Of a stretch of DNA of 56,563 nt, positions 44,830-54,418 are shown piece by piece. The stretch is from Thermoplasmata archaeon (lineage in GTDB: Archaea; Thermoplasmatota; Thermoplasmata; Halarchaeoplasmatales; Halarchaeoplasmataceae). The stretch spans positions 1-56,563 of the forward strand of contig PUPH01000155.1 of assembly GCA_003553085.1 (NCBI GenBank), given 5' to 3'. Each line of letters begins with the position of its first letter. Position 1 is the first letter of the stretch. The position numbers and the translations under genes are program-made. The notes beneath the pieces were generated by a model. That model was not told where the DNA came from, did no database searches, and saw only the letters and a list, made by a program, of their open reading frames with translations.

Positions 44830-47823
44830 TTAGTACTGGATCAACCAATCCACCGAATATCCTTCTTCGTTGAACAACCAGTAGGCGTTACCGGGTTCGA
44901 ATTCATGATCACCGGTTGAATAGATGTATTCTACGTTGTAGTCTTCGCTATCATTGAAAACGCCGATGATGGCGACTTCGGAGGGTAGTCCGTTGTTACC
45001 GGTGATCAAACTGGGATAGCCCACCATGTTCCAACCAGGGTTCAATGTGATGCTGGTTGTAGTCGGTTCGACACCGACTATCGTGAGTACGTCGTTACCC
45101 GTCATGCGTATCCAGACACCCATGGTTTCGTCCCATTCAGTGAGCGTGTTAAAATGAGAGGCTCGCCCGGGTACGTAGCTCTTCCACGTATCACTGGTAG
45201 AGTCGAAATACATCACTCTGTCGTAGCTACCGCTTATACCGTAAGTGGGATCGTTGAGTATGGTCTCCATGTCGTTATCCTCCGGTATCAAGAGTGGGGA
45301 TATAAAGGACCAGCCGTTGGATGAAGGTGAGTACGATAACGGTATGTCGTAAGTTGTGTAGGAAGCCGCAGATGCCTGATCACTATACGGACCGAACCCT
45401 ACACTGTTCCTGGCTCTGACTTGGTAAGAGTAGTCCACACCACTGTCCACGGTATCATCGATATAAGATGTGATCGGAGCTACTACATGGCCATGATAGG
45501 AACCTTCTCTATAGATCCAGTACTCGGTTATGGGCGAGCCTCCGTCGTTGATCGGCGGGTCCCATTCGAGTTCGATGTGGTCTTCTCCGCCCTGTGCCTC
45601 CAGGTTCAGAGGGGCGGTAGGAGTCCCCAAGGGTACCGCTGAAGCGGTGTTACTGTTGGGTCCTTCACCTACCATATTCACGGCGGTGACGTGGTATTTA
45701 TACTCAACACCGGCGGCGACATCGATATCGCTGTAGTCGGTATCCGGTGCCGTGACCGTATCGTAGTGTTCGTACGTTCCATACGTCGTGTTACGGTATA
45801 TCTTGTAGTTGGTAACGGGTGAACCACCGTCGAATGAGGGAGGTATCCATTCCAGGTACACCTCGTCTGTGTCTCCGGTGGCTGTGAGTTCCCGGGGCTC
45901 GGACGGTGGGTACGCATCTCCTGTAGGGAATACACCCCCTTTCCTGCTTCCAAAAGGTGTAATCGTTCCACCACCCAATCCAAGGATATCATCGTTGAAG
46001 GGGTTAATTCCTTTTTCTTCTTTCTCTTGGCCCCCACCTTCGTACCCCCAACCCCACACCTTACCGTGGACCGGTTCGTCCAGGGTGCGGAAGTTCACTC
46101 TGACCTTGAACTCGTATCCGGTTTTTGGCTCCAGACCATCAGCTAGGAAGTAGTGGGAGCCGGTGTTGATCTCGCCCGGGTCCGTCTGATCGTCGATGGG
46201 TAGTATAGGTGGATCTAATCCCTCCGAGTTCTTCGGATCCACCTGAGAGTTCCCTAGATACGTCCACTCTTTTTTTCCTTCCTGTCGTATGAAGACGGCA
46301 TAACTGTGCAGCAGGTCGTAGGTTCCTCTTTCCGTTGGTTCACCTTCGATGGTGCTGCTGGTGTACTTGAAATTAGGTATGGAGATGTTGATCCAAGAGG
46401 GACCGACTGCATCCCCATCTGAGTAGGGGTTGACCACCGGTTCGGGGATGGGTTCGTACTTCACAACGTGTTCCCCGATGTTCGGAGGTGTAGACTCACT
46501 CTCGGCTTTATAGTTCGATACCCAGGTATAATTGATGTATTCATCGTATTTTTCATCGTAATACTGATACTCGGCCAGGAACATGATATTTTGGCCGAAC
46601 TCAGGCGATGAAAACCATTGATGCGGTGCGTCGCCGGGCGTGGCATCCCAGAAAAATGTGTCCTTACCTTCGTTCACCGTTCCATCGTTGATGGCGTCAT
46701 CGGCACCCCTGGGGGTCTTGTCGGGGTTGTTGATATTTATAGCCGTGATGTTACCAGAGAATCCATATTGTTCATCGTACCATCCGGCATTCCCGTCATA
46801 GCTATCCCTGGGATCACCTTGTAGATATGTGGCCAAATTTTCTTGTACAGAAGAAGTGGGGATCGTGGATACCTCTCCACCTGCGAAGGTGGTTACACTA
46901 CCGCCTTGGGGCTTTAACAGATCACCGTATTTCATCTCTTCGTCACCGAGTCCACCCTGGTAACCCCACACGGGTTCGACCGGACCTTCCAGTGTACGGA
47001 AGTTCACCCGGACCTTGAACTCGTAATACATGGACGGCTTCAGATCCTCGACGAGGAAGTAGTGGGAGCCGGTGTTGATTTTTGAAGGGTCTGTTACATG
47101 ATCGGCAGCGGGTAAGGGGTCATCCAGATATTTTTTATTGTTGGGATCCACCTCTGAGTTACCCAGGTATCTCCATCCCTCGAATTCATCCTTGATGAAT
47201 ACCGCATAGCTCTGCAGTAGATCATAAGTCCCTCTATCTGTGGGTTTCCCCTCGATCGTACTACTGGTGTACTTAAAATTAGGTATGGATATGTTGACCC
47301 AGGTGAGACCCCTGGCCTCATCAGTATAAGGGTTAAGAACCGGCCTGGGGATGGGCTCGTACCTTACAGCGTGCTCTTTGATATCAGGGGGAGTTCCCTT
47401 TTCCTCAGCGATATAGTTAGATGCCCATGTATAATTCATAAATTCTTCATGATATTTATCGTGATGCTGATACTCGCCCAAGAAGATTATGTTGTTACCT
47501 GGCTCAGGGGCATATTTGTACCACCGATGCGCCTCTTCCCCCGGAGCTGCATCCCACCAAAATTGGTTCTCATCCCCTTGGTTCACCGATCCGTCGTTTA
47601 TTGCATCATTTGCACCGCGGGGGCTGATACCGGGTTGATTTACATCTATAGCAGTGATGTTCCCTGAATAGATGCTATGACGATTCCATACAGCGTTTCC
47701 GTCATAACTGTCATAGGCGTGACCTTTTAGATATATGGCTGCGGGTTCCCCCTCCACAAATTCATTCGGAATGACCACTAATACCAGTAGTATCACAACT
47801 ACCAACGAAGCTAGTTTTTTCAT
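44830..47823 (-). CDS. secreted surface protein: 2 x ~300-aa novel repeat, 2 x fibronectin type III, C-terminal domain
   Basis: Signal peptide MKKLASLVVVILLVLVVIP. Internal duplication at aa 29-330 and aa 331-632. Two FN3 modules (LEWIPPSFDGGSPVTNYKIYR..., LEWDPPINDGGSPITEYWIYR...). A 175-aa C-terminal module carries GWSFISP / GWNMVGYP motifs. No C-terminal TM anchor. Confidence 0.85.
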   Translation of the reverse strand: MKKLASLVVVILLVLVVIPNEFVEGEPAAIYLKGHAYDSYDGNAVWNRHSIYSGNITAIDVNQPGISPRGANDAINDGSVNQGDENQFWWDAAPGEEAHRWYKYAPEPGNNIIFLGEYQHHDKYHEEFMNYTWASNYIAEEKGTPPDIKEHAVRYEPIPRPVLNPYTDEARGLTWVNISIPNFKYTSSTIEGKPTDRGTYDLLQSYAVFIKDEFEGWRYLGNSEVDPNNKKYLDDPLPAADHVTDPSKINTGSHYFLVEDLKPSMYYEFKVRVNFRTLEGPVEPVWGYQGGLGDEEMKYGDLLKPQGGSVTTFAGGEVSTIPTSSVQENLATYLQGDPRDSYDGNAGWYDEQYGFSGNITAININNPDKTPRGADDAINDGTVNEGKDTFFWDATPGDAPHQWFSSPEFGQNIMFLAEYQYYDEKYDEYINYTWVSNYKAESESTPPNIGEHVVKYEPIPEPVVNPYSDGDAVGPSWINISIPNFKYTSSTIEGEPTERGTYDLLHSYAVFIRQEGKKEWTYLGNSQVDPKNSEGLDPPILPIDDQTDPGEINTGSHYFLADGLEPKTGYEFKVRVNFRTLDEPVHGKVWGWGYEGGGQEKEEKGINPFNDDILGLGGGTITPFGSRKGGVFPTGDAYPPSEPRELTATGDTDEVYLEWIPPSFDGGSPVTNYKIYRNTTYGTYEHYDTVTAPDTDYSDIDVAAGVEYKYHVTAVNMVGEGPNSNTASAVPLGTPTAPLNLEAQGGEDHIELEWDPPINDGGSPITEYWIYREGSYHGHVVAPITSYIDDTVDSGVDYSYQVRARNSVGFGPYSDQASAASYTTYDIPLSYSPSSNGWSFISPLLIPEDNDMETILNDPTYGISGSYDRVMYFDSTSDTWKSYVPGRASHFNTLTEWDETMGVWIRMTGNDVLTIVGVEPTTTSITLNPGWNMVGYPSLITGNNGLPSEVAIIGVFNDSEDYNVEYIYSTGDHEFEPGNAYWLFNEEGYSVDWLIQY
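45928..46833 (-). repeat. intragenic tandem repeat unit 2
   Basis: Encodes aa 331-632. See unit 1. The offset between equivalent motifs is 302 codons. Confidence 0.8.
46834..47739 (-). repeat. intragenic tandem repeat unit 1 (about 906 nt)
   Basis: Encodes aa 29-330. Shares motifs DSYDGNA.W, SGNITAI, PRGA.DAINDG.VN, NISIPNFKYTSSTIEG.PT.RGTYDLL.SYAVFI, INTGSHYFL and YEFKVRVNFRTL with unit 2. The DNA string AAGTAGTGGGAGCCGGTGTTGAT is present in both units. Confidence 0.8.
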
Positions 47824-47957
47824 ACCTACTCATATCTACAATGTATCAATAGTATTTAATAATTACGCGTATATAACATATTTAACATGGACTATTTAAT
47901 TATCTAAATGATCGGGCTGCACCATAAACATAATAATCCCTGCATCTATGCTCTACC

Positions 47958-48764
47958 ATGAATCTATCCGATGAACAGATGGACGAATACATAACGATCA
48001 TCAGGGAGTTCATCAAAGATAAAGTAGAGAAGACCGGTACCAATGGAGTAGTTCTCGGGTTAAGCGGGGGACTCGACTCCGCCACCGTGCTGAAGTTGAG
48101 TGTCGATGCTTTAGGATCAGATAAGGTCCACTGTCTAATAATGCCTGAGAGTACGTCACCGGAGGAAGATATGAAGGATGCTAAGTATCTTGCCGACCTG
48201 TGGGACGTACCAGTGGACGTGATCGAAATGGACGGGATATTAGGGTCCTTCCCGGTAGATGATCGTGAAAGATTGCCCTACGCTAATTTGAAGGCAAGAG
48301 TGAGGATGTGCTTGTGGTATTATTACGCCAATCTAGAAGGAAAGCTGGTCGTTGGCACATCGAACAAGAGCGAGCTGCTAATCGGATACACTACCAAGTA
48401 CGGAGACAATGCTGCAGATTTCTTGCCCATGGGAGACATATACAAAAGCGAAGTGAAATTGCTAGCCAAAAAGATCGGTGTTCCGGACCGTATCGTTAAA
48501 AAAATACCCCGGGCTGGCCTTTGGGAAGGACAGACCGATGAAAAGGAGCTGGGATTTACATACGATGTCCTGGACCACGTACTTCAAGGTATCGAAAACT
48601 TGGAGAACATCGATAAGATCGCTGAAAAGAATGGTATATCAAAAGATACGGTGGAAGAGATCAAAGGGATGGTGGAACGCAGTGCACATAAGAGGAAGAT
48701 ACCCACCATCATAAAGCTAAGAAACAGGACCATCGGACTCGATTGGAGAGAGTACAGCTATTGA
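47958..48764 (+). CDS. nadE: NH3-dependent NAD+ synthetase
   Basis: VVLGLSGGLDSA, GTSNKSELLIGYTTKYGD and KRKIP. Confidence 0.9.
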   Translation: MNLSDEQMDEYITIIREFIKDKVEKTGTNGVVLGLSGGLDSATVLKLSVDALGSDKVHCLIMPESTSPEEDMKDAKYLADLWDVPVDVIEMDGILGSFPVDDRERLPYANLKARVRMCLWYYYANLEGKLVVGTSNKSELLIGYTTKYGDNAADFLPMGDIYKSEVKLLAKKIGVPDRIVKKIPRAGLWEGQTDEKELGFTYDVLDHVLQGIENLENIDKIAEKNGISKDTVEEIKGMVERSAHKRKIPTIIKLRNRTIGLDWREYSY

Positions 48765-48797
48765 GGTGATCATATCAGCACTATCCTTGTTACCGGT

Positions 48798-49304
48798 ATG
48801 CCCGGTAGTGGAAAAGAAGAGTTCATCAGGGTCGCTAAAGAAAAAGGATACTCTGTTGTTCGTATGGGTGATGTAGTCAGAGAGTGGGTAAAAAAAAAAG
48901 AACTCGATATGGATGACGGTAGTGTGGGTGGATTCGCACACTCCGAGAGGGAGAAACACCATTACGGCATCTGGGCGGAGAGGACTTTAAAGAAGATACA
49001 GGTACAAAAAACGATCATCGACGGTTTGAGGGGTGATGAGGAACTCGAGATATTCCGGAAAAAACTCGGTCACGATCTAGTGGTTGTAGCCGTTTATGCT
49101 TCACCAAAAACCAGATACAACAGATTGGTGGCTAGAGCGAGACAGGACGCCCCAGGCTCTTACACCGAGTTCAAAGAAAGAGATAGGAGAGAATTAAGAT
49201 GGGGACTAGGTGAGGTCATAGCTCTGGCAGATCATACAATAGTCAACGAAGGGAGTCTAGAGGAATTTAGGGTCAAGGCAGATAGGCTGCTGGAAGACCT
49301 ATGA
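48798..49304 (+). CDS. P-loop nucleotide kinase-like protein (UPF0200 / dephospho-CoA-kinase-like)
   Basis: MPGSGKEEFIRVAKEKGYSVVRMGDVVRE. The expected beta-1 strand (ISTILVTG) is encoded in frame upstream of the ATG, but without any ATG/GTG/TTG (see findings). Confidence 0.7.
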   Translation: MPGSGKEEFIRVAKEKGYSVVRMGDVVREWVKKKELDMDDGSVGGFAHSEREKHHYGIWAERTLKKIQVQKTIIDGLRGDEELEIFRKKLGHDLVVVAVYASPKTRYNRLVARARQDAPGSYTEFKERDRRELRWGLGEVIALADHTIVNEGSLEEFRVKADRLLEDL

Positions 49305-49317
49305 TCCTGATAAGAAA

Positions 49318-49327
49318 CTTTATTAAC
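49318..49327 (+). promoter_or_regulatory. TATA-like box CTTTATTAAC
   Basis: Lies 35 nt upstream of ATG 49353. The same CTTTATTA core occurs at 2161 and 13268. Confidence 0.4.
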
Positions 49328-49352
49328 ACGTTCTTGAGATGAGGTTTTCACG

Positions 49353-50048
49353 ATGGCCAAAAGAAGAAAGAAAGATGAGGAAGAGGAAGACTACGACTTC
49401 GAATTCCCAGAGTTCGATAGAGTAGAGTACATGAAGAAAGAGATCAACAAAGGGAAAACCGTGATAGTAGCCATCGCCATCGCACCGATCTTCTCTCTAC
49501 TTTCGATAGAAGTATTCAAACTTACAGACGATTGGTTCTACGGATTCCTCATCGGTGTCTTCGGTTTGCTATTGACCATAAAAGTATACGAGTATCTGCC
49601 TATAGACATATCCGATTTTGGAAAAAAAGAGTGGGCGATGAACGGAGCCATGTTCTTTCTTACATGGCTGGGCGTATGGATACTCTTGATGAATCCACCT
49701 TTCAACGATTTCACTGACCCCGTCTTGAATAGGGTTGAAATTTATGTGGAAACCGATGGCAACTGGACCGCATTGGAAGAGGCTAACCTAACTCATGGAG
49801 AAGAGTACGATATCAGAGTTGTAGCCAAGATCACCGATAACGTTGCTGTTGATGAAGATAGTGTTACTTTACGGGTGATCGAATTCGGTGATAATCCTTT
49901 AGATATGGAGTCAATAGGTGATCATAAGTACGAGTACACATTTGAAGATCAAACCTTAGACCAGAGACAGTTGGAATTAGTTTTTAACATGAAAGATGTC
50001 AACGGCAATACAAACAGTGAGACGGAAATAGTTTCCATAAATATTTAA
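49353..50048 (+). CDS. membrane protein with C-terminal beta-sandwich-like domain
   Basis: 231 aa with an acidic/basic N-terminus, about three TM helices, then a beta-rich region (RVEIYVETDGNW..., DIRVVAKITDN...). No family recognised. Confidence 0.55.
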   Translation: MAKRRKKDEEEEDYDFEFPEFDRVEYMKKEINKGKTVIVAIAIAPIFSLLSIEVFKLTDDWFYGFLIGVFGLLLTIKVYEYLPIDISDFGKKEWAMNGAMFFLTWLGVWILLMNPPFNDFTDPVLNRVEIYVETDGNWTALEEANLTHGEEYDIRVVAKITDNVAVDEDSVTLRVIEFGDNPLDMESIGDHKYEYTFEDQTLDQRQLELVFNMKDVNGNTNSETEIVSINI

Positions 50049-50081
50049 TAATCCATCGTGATGTGAAGTTCGGCGAAACTG

Positions 50082-52286
50082 ATGTCTGATAAGGTAATTT
50101 TAACAGTCAAAGAGGCTCCACAGGAGGACGTGGGACGAAATCGAGCTAGATTAGGACCGAGTACAAGGATGTCACTGGGTGTGGAGGTCGGAGACGTTAT
50201 CAAGATCAAAGGTGAGAGAGAGACCGTTGCGAAGGTTTTCAGATTATCATCAGATGATGAAGGGCACAATATAATCCGTATAGATGGTCTTGTAAGAAAG
50301 AACGCCAGGATCTCTGTAGGTGACCGTGTAAAGGTTGTAAAGGCACAGGTAAAACCGGCGAAAAAGGTCGTTATCGCACCGGTCATCGAAAAAGGAAACA
50401 CCCTACGATTTGGGGATGAAATAGAGGCCTTTGTAAAGAAGAGGCTATCGAAAAGACCCATAATAGCTGGTGATGCCATAGTGATACCGGGAATATCGTT
50501 GATGGGGGGTAACGTACCATTCCTCGTAACCACCACTAACCCTTTGGAACCTGTTGAAGTCACCGACGATACAGAAGTGACCGTTAGGGAGGATCCGGTC
50601 AGTGAAGGTGAGATGGTAGGCACCACCACCGTCACCTACGAGGATGTGGGAGGACTGAGAGAACAGCTGAAGCGGGTCAGAGAGATGATCGAATTACCAC
50701 TGAAACATCCCGATCTTTTCGACAGACTTGGTATCGAACCACCGAAGGGGGTTCTGCTCCACGGGCCACCGGGAACTGGAAAAACCTGGATAGCCAGAGC
50801 CGTGGCAAACGAATCCGGAGCCAGCTTTTTCTCGGTACAGGGACCTGAGATAATGTCTAAATACTACGGGCAGAGCGAAGGTAAATTGAGAGAGAAGTTC
50901 GAAGAGGCAAAAGAGCAGTCACCTTCGATCATATTCATAGATGAGCTGGATTCTATCGCACCGAAGAGGGACGATGTTAAAGGGGAGGTGGAACGGAGGG
51001 TTGTTGCCCAGCTTCTAACCCTGATGGACGGTCTGAGCCAAAGAGGGGAGATAATCGTGATCGCCGCTACAAACAGGGTAGATGCCATCGATCCAGCCTT
51101 GAGAAGGCCTGGAAGATTCGACAGAGAGATAGAGATAGGGCTTCCCGACCGAGACGGTAGGATGGAGATAATTCAGATCCATACAAGAGGTATGCCGATC
51201 TCATCTAAAGTGGACTTACATGAATTGGCAAGACTCACCCACGGTTTCGCCGGAGCGGACCTCGAATCCCTGGCGAAGGAAGCCGCTATGAGAGCTTTGA
51301 GAAGGTATATACCTGAATTCGATCTTGACGAACCTTTACCAAGAGAGGTATTGGAAAGGATGGAGGTAAAGGAAGAAGATTTCATGAACGCTCTTAGAGA
51401 GACGGAGCCCAGCAGCATGAGAGAGATAATGGTGGAGATCCCTGAGGTGTCGTGGGATCAAGTGGGTGGTTTAGACGACATAAAAGAAAAACTGATGGAC
51501 AGCGTCCAGAGACCTCTTGCTGAACCCGAATCCTTCGAACGTATGGGTATATCTCCACCCAAAGGCGTACTTCTTTACGGACCACCGGGGACTGGAAAAA
51601 CACTTTTAGGTAAAGCGGTGGCCAACGAGTGCGATGCGAACTTCATATCCGTAAAAGGACCGGAACTGCTCTCCAAATGGGTGGGAGAAAGTGAGAAGGC
51701 GGTGAGAGAGATCTTCAAAAAAGCCCGTCAGACAGCACCCTCGATAATATTCCTGGATGAGATCGATGCATTGGCGCCAGAAAGAGGGCTGGGGGAGCAG
51801 AATGTGGTAACGGATAGAGTGGTCAACCAGCTGCTCACCAGTTTGGACGGTGTTGAAAAAAGCAGCGGTATCATGGTCCTCGCCGCTACGAACCGTCCGG
51901 ATCGTGTGGACTCTGCTCTTCTCAGAGCTGGAAGGTTCGACCAGAAACTTCTTGTGTCGATCCCAGATGAGGACGCTAGAAAAGAGATATTTAAGATCCA
52001 CACAAAGCATATGCCACTGGCTGTGGATGTTGATATAGATAAACTTGCTGTAGATACGGGATCATTCGTAGGAGCGGATATAGAAGCGGTCTGCAGGGAA
52101 GCCGGCCTCTGCGCAATGAAGAGGGGAGAGGATATGGTGAAGATGTCGGACTTCCAAGATGTTTTACAGAAGGTTCATCCCTCCGTCGATGAAGAGATAC
52201 TAGAGATGTATGAGGACATGGAATCCGAGATGGAAAAGACGTTCCGTAAGAAGAAAGATTATAATGGAGTTGGGTTATACAGGTAG
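50082..52286 (+). CDS. cdc48: CDC48/VCP-type AAA+ ATPase
   Basis: N-domain LTVKEA...GRNRARL. Two AAA modules each carry GPPGTGKT plus IIF(I/L)DE(L/I)D, and the second-region-of-homology motifs are present. Confidence 0.95.
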   Translation: MSDKVILTVKEAPQEDVGRNRARLGPSTRMSLGVEVGDVIKIKGERETVAKVFRLSSDDEGHNIIRIDGLVRKNARISVGDRVKVVKAQVKPAKKVVIAPVIEKGNTLRFGDEIEAFVKKRLSKRPIIAGDAIVIPGISLMGGNVPFLVTTTNPLEPVEVTDDTEVTVREDPVSEGEMVGTTTVTYEDVGGLREQLKRVREMIELPLKHPDLFDRLGIEPPKGVLLHGPPGTGKTWIARAVANESGASFFSVQGPEIMSKYYGQSEGKLREKFEEAKEQSPSIIFIDELDSIAPKRDDVKGEVERRVVAQLLTLMDGLSQRGEIIVIAATNRVDAIDPALRRPGRFDREIEIGLPDRDGRMEIIQIHTRGMPISSKVDLHELARLTHGFAGADLESLAKEAAMRALRRYIPEFDLDEPLPREVLERMEVKEEDFMNALRETEPSSMREIMVEIPEVSWDQVGGLDDIKEKLMDSVQRPLAEPESFERMGISPPKGVLLYGPPGTGKTLLGKAVANECDANFISVKGPELLSKWVGESEKAVREIFKKARQTAPSIIFLDEIDALAPERGLGEQNVVTDRVVNQLLTSLDGVEKSSGIMVLAATNRPDRVDSALLRAGRFDQKLLVSIPDEDARKEIFKIHTKHMPLAVDVDIDKLAVDTGSFVGADIEAVCREAGLCAMKRGEDMVKMSDFQDVLQKVHPSVDEEILEMYEDMESEMEKTFRKKKDYNGVGLYR

Positions 52287-52320
52287 TAAATCCATCTATC
52301 AAATATAGGAGGACAACAAA

Positions 52321-52569
52321 ATGAAGATGTTCGTGACCGAAATGCGTGGTAAAACGGTAATGACAAACGATGGGCAGATATTAGGCATGATCGATAATTT
52401 CGTGGTCGACACCAAAACAGGTGATATGATGCATGTACTAGTGACCCCTGCAGAAGAGATCGAGCCTAGGCTTTTCGATACCGATGCAGAGGGAAGACTG
52501 GTACTTCCATTCGAGGGTATGAAAGCAGTTCGCGATGTCGTGGTCATGGAGAATATCAGTATAGACTGA
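52321..52569 (+). CDS. PRC-barrel domain protein
   Basis: 82 aa. GKTVMTNDGQILGMIDNFVVDTKTGDMMHVLV. GGAGG lies 8 nt upstream of the ATG. Confidence 0.7.
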   Translation: MKMFVTEMRGKTVMTNDGQILGMIDNFVVDTKTGDMMHVLVTPAEEIEPRLFDTDAEGRLVLPFEGMKAVRDVVVMENISID

Positions 52570-52600
52570 TACAACACCACTCGGCAAAGCATGGTTTGAC

Positions 52601-53398
52601 ATGACCAATGGAGTTAAAGAGAGGTTGAAAGAGCTCGGGCTGAAACCCTCTAAAAGATTGGGGCAGCATTTTTTAGTGAACAGTAGCATAGCTGCTAGAC
52701 AGGTCGATGAGGCATCGATCACATCCGATGATGTGGTTTTGGAGATCGGCCCCGGTCTGGGTATATTGACCGAAGAGATAGTCCAGAGGGCAAAGAAAAC
52801 CATCGTCGTGGAGAAGGAGAGAGCTTTCAAAGGATATCTCGAAGGGCGGTTCAAGGAATTTGATTTTCGGGTGATCCAAGGTGATTTCCTAGAAGTCGAT
52901 GTACCCAAATTTGATAAAGTCGTTTCTAACATTCCATTCAACATATCATCCCCTTTAACGTTCAAATTACTCGATCAGAATTTTAAAACAGGAGTGTTGA
53001 TGTATCAAAAGGAGTTCGCTGATCGGATGGTCGCAGAGGTCGGTGGATCGGATTATTCTCGCCTATCAGTGATGGTGTCCACAAAGGCTCGTGTAAAAAA
53101 GCTATTCGACGTATCTAGGAACAATTTTTTCCCACCCCCAAGAGTGGATGCCTCCGTGGTCTATATCGAACCTGGTAGATCAGAATACGATATCACATAC
53201 GAAGATATTTACTCAGATGTCGTGCGTGAGCTCTTCAATTACAGAAGAAAAACTATCAAAAATGCTCTGAAGTACGGTTTTGGATTAGATATAAAAACCG
53301 ATTTTCCCTTCAGAAATCAACGTGTAGAAAAACTATCACCGGTGGAAATAAATAGACTAGTAGAAACACTAGTTGATGATGGATATTTAGGAACCTGA
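52601..53398 (+). CDS. rsmA: 16S rRNA (adenine1518/1519-N6)-dimethyltransferase
   Basis: LGQHFLVN, VLEIGPGLGILT, VVSNIPFNISSP and FFPPPRVDASVV. Confidence 0.9.
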   Translation: MTNGVKERLKELGLKPSKRLGQHFLVNSSIAARQVDEASITSDDVVLEIGPGLGILTEEIVQRAKKTIVVEKERAFKGYLEGRFKEFDFRVIQGDFLEVDVPKFDKVVSNIPFNISSPLTFKLLDQNFKTGVLMYQKEFADRMVAEVGGSDYSRLSVMVSTKARVKKLFDVSRNNFFPPPRVDASVVYIEPGRSEYDITYEDIYSDVVRELFNYRRKTIKNALKYGFGLDIKTDFPFRNQRVEKLSPVEINRLVETLVDDGYLGT

Positions 53399-53399
53399 T

Positions 53400-54371
53400 T
53401 CACTCTAATTCTACACCACAACTCGGACAAAATTTCGTATCTTCATCTACTTCGGTCTCGCACTCGGGACATTCAAAGACTGTTGGGACCAATTCTTCAC
53501 CGCATCCTGAGCAGAAATTAAACTCCGGTTCAACCTTGCCACCACAATTTGGACATCTTGTTGAAAAATCTAGCTTTGCACCGCATCTATTACAGAATTT
53601 ATCATCCGTGCTAACTTTGTTGCCACACTCGTCGCATCGGTGATCACTTTCCTTTTTCTCCTCTGGTGTAGATAGATTTTTTACCGAGATCTCTGTTTTT
53701 TTCTCCTCTACAGGTTCTCTCTTACCGATCCTTTGACCCGCCAATAATCCTGCACTATCTTCGTCGATCCATTTTTTACACCTTACTGCATAACTTAGAG
53801 CTTGTGTGTAATCGCCGGCCGAGTAACTCTCTTCCGCCATATCTAGAAGTCTACGTGCCTCAGTATCACCGTCCTCTTCGACCATATCCCTGGCTACATC
53901 TATCTCAAACTTAGACTCCATGTAATTATCGGGTAGATTTTGTATCTTTTCTTTAGCTTTCTCGAACTCCTTGACCGCTTCGCTTTTAGGTTCTTTAGGA
54001 GGAGTAGAATCAAGTATCTCAGCCGGTGTTGTTTTACCTCTTTCCTTCGCCTGTTCTATCTTATTTTTTGCTTCCTCGGCTAGCTGGATGGCTTTCTGAT
54101 TATCATCGGACTGTAGAGCGAGTTCGGCCCGTTCTAGTATTATCTCAGCACTGCTGACGTCGTGACCACTATTTTTCAGCACCCTGCAGATGCTCTTACC
54201 GGTCATCACAGCATTATAAGCCTCATCCTCTGGATCGATAGACGATTCTTTCTTCACCCTTTTCAATCGTTCGGGTTTTGATTTCTCAAAATACAACCAC
54301 ACACCATATATTACCCCTGAGAACCCGAGGAGTACCGCTATCATCAACAGCAAGAAGGTCGTAGGCTCCAT
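53400..54371 (-). CDS. membrane-anchored helical protein with C-terminal triple zinc ribbon
   Basis: N-terminal TM FLLLMIAVLLGFSGVIYGVWLYF and an alpha-helical acidic middle part. C-terminus CDECG..CNRCG, CPNCG..CSGCG and CPECE..CPSCG. Confidence 0.65.
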   Translation of the reverse strand: MEPTTFLLLMIAVLLGFSGVIYGVWLYFEKSKPERLKRVKKESSIDPEDEAYNAVMTGKSICRVLKNSGHDVSSAEIILERAELALQSDDNQKAIQLAEEAKNKIEQAKERGKTTPAEILDSTPPKEPKSEAVKEFEKAKEKIQNLPDNYMESKFEIDVARDMVEEDGDTEARRLLDMAEESYSAGDYTQALSYAVRCKKWIDEDSAGLLAGQRIGKREPVEEKKTEISVKNLSTPEEKKESDHRCDECGNKVSTDDKFCNRCGAKLDFSTRCPNCGGKVEPEFNFCSGCGEELVPTVFECPECETEVDEDTKFCPSCGVELE

Positions 54372-54418
54372 AACCGGTCTAAATATAGGGGTGGAATTAA
54401 TTTAACGTTTTCGGAAGA

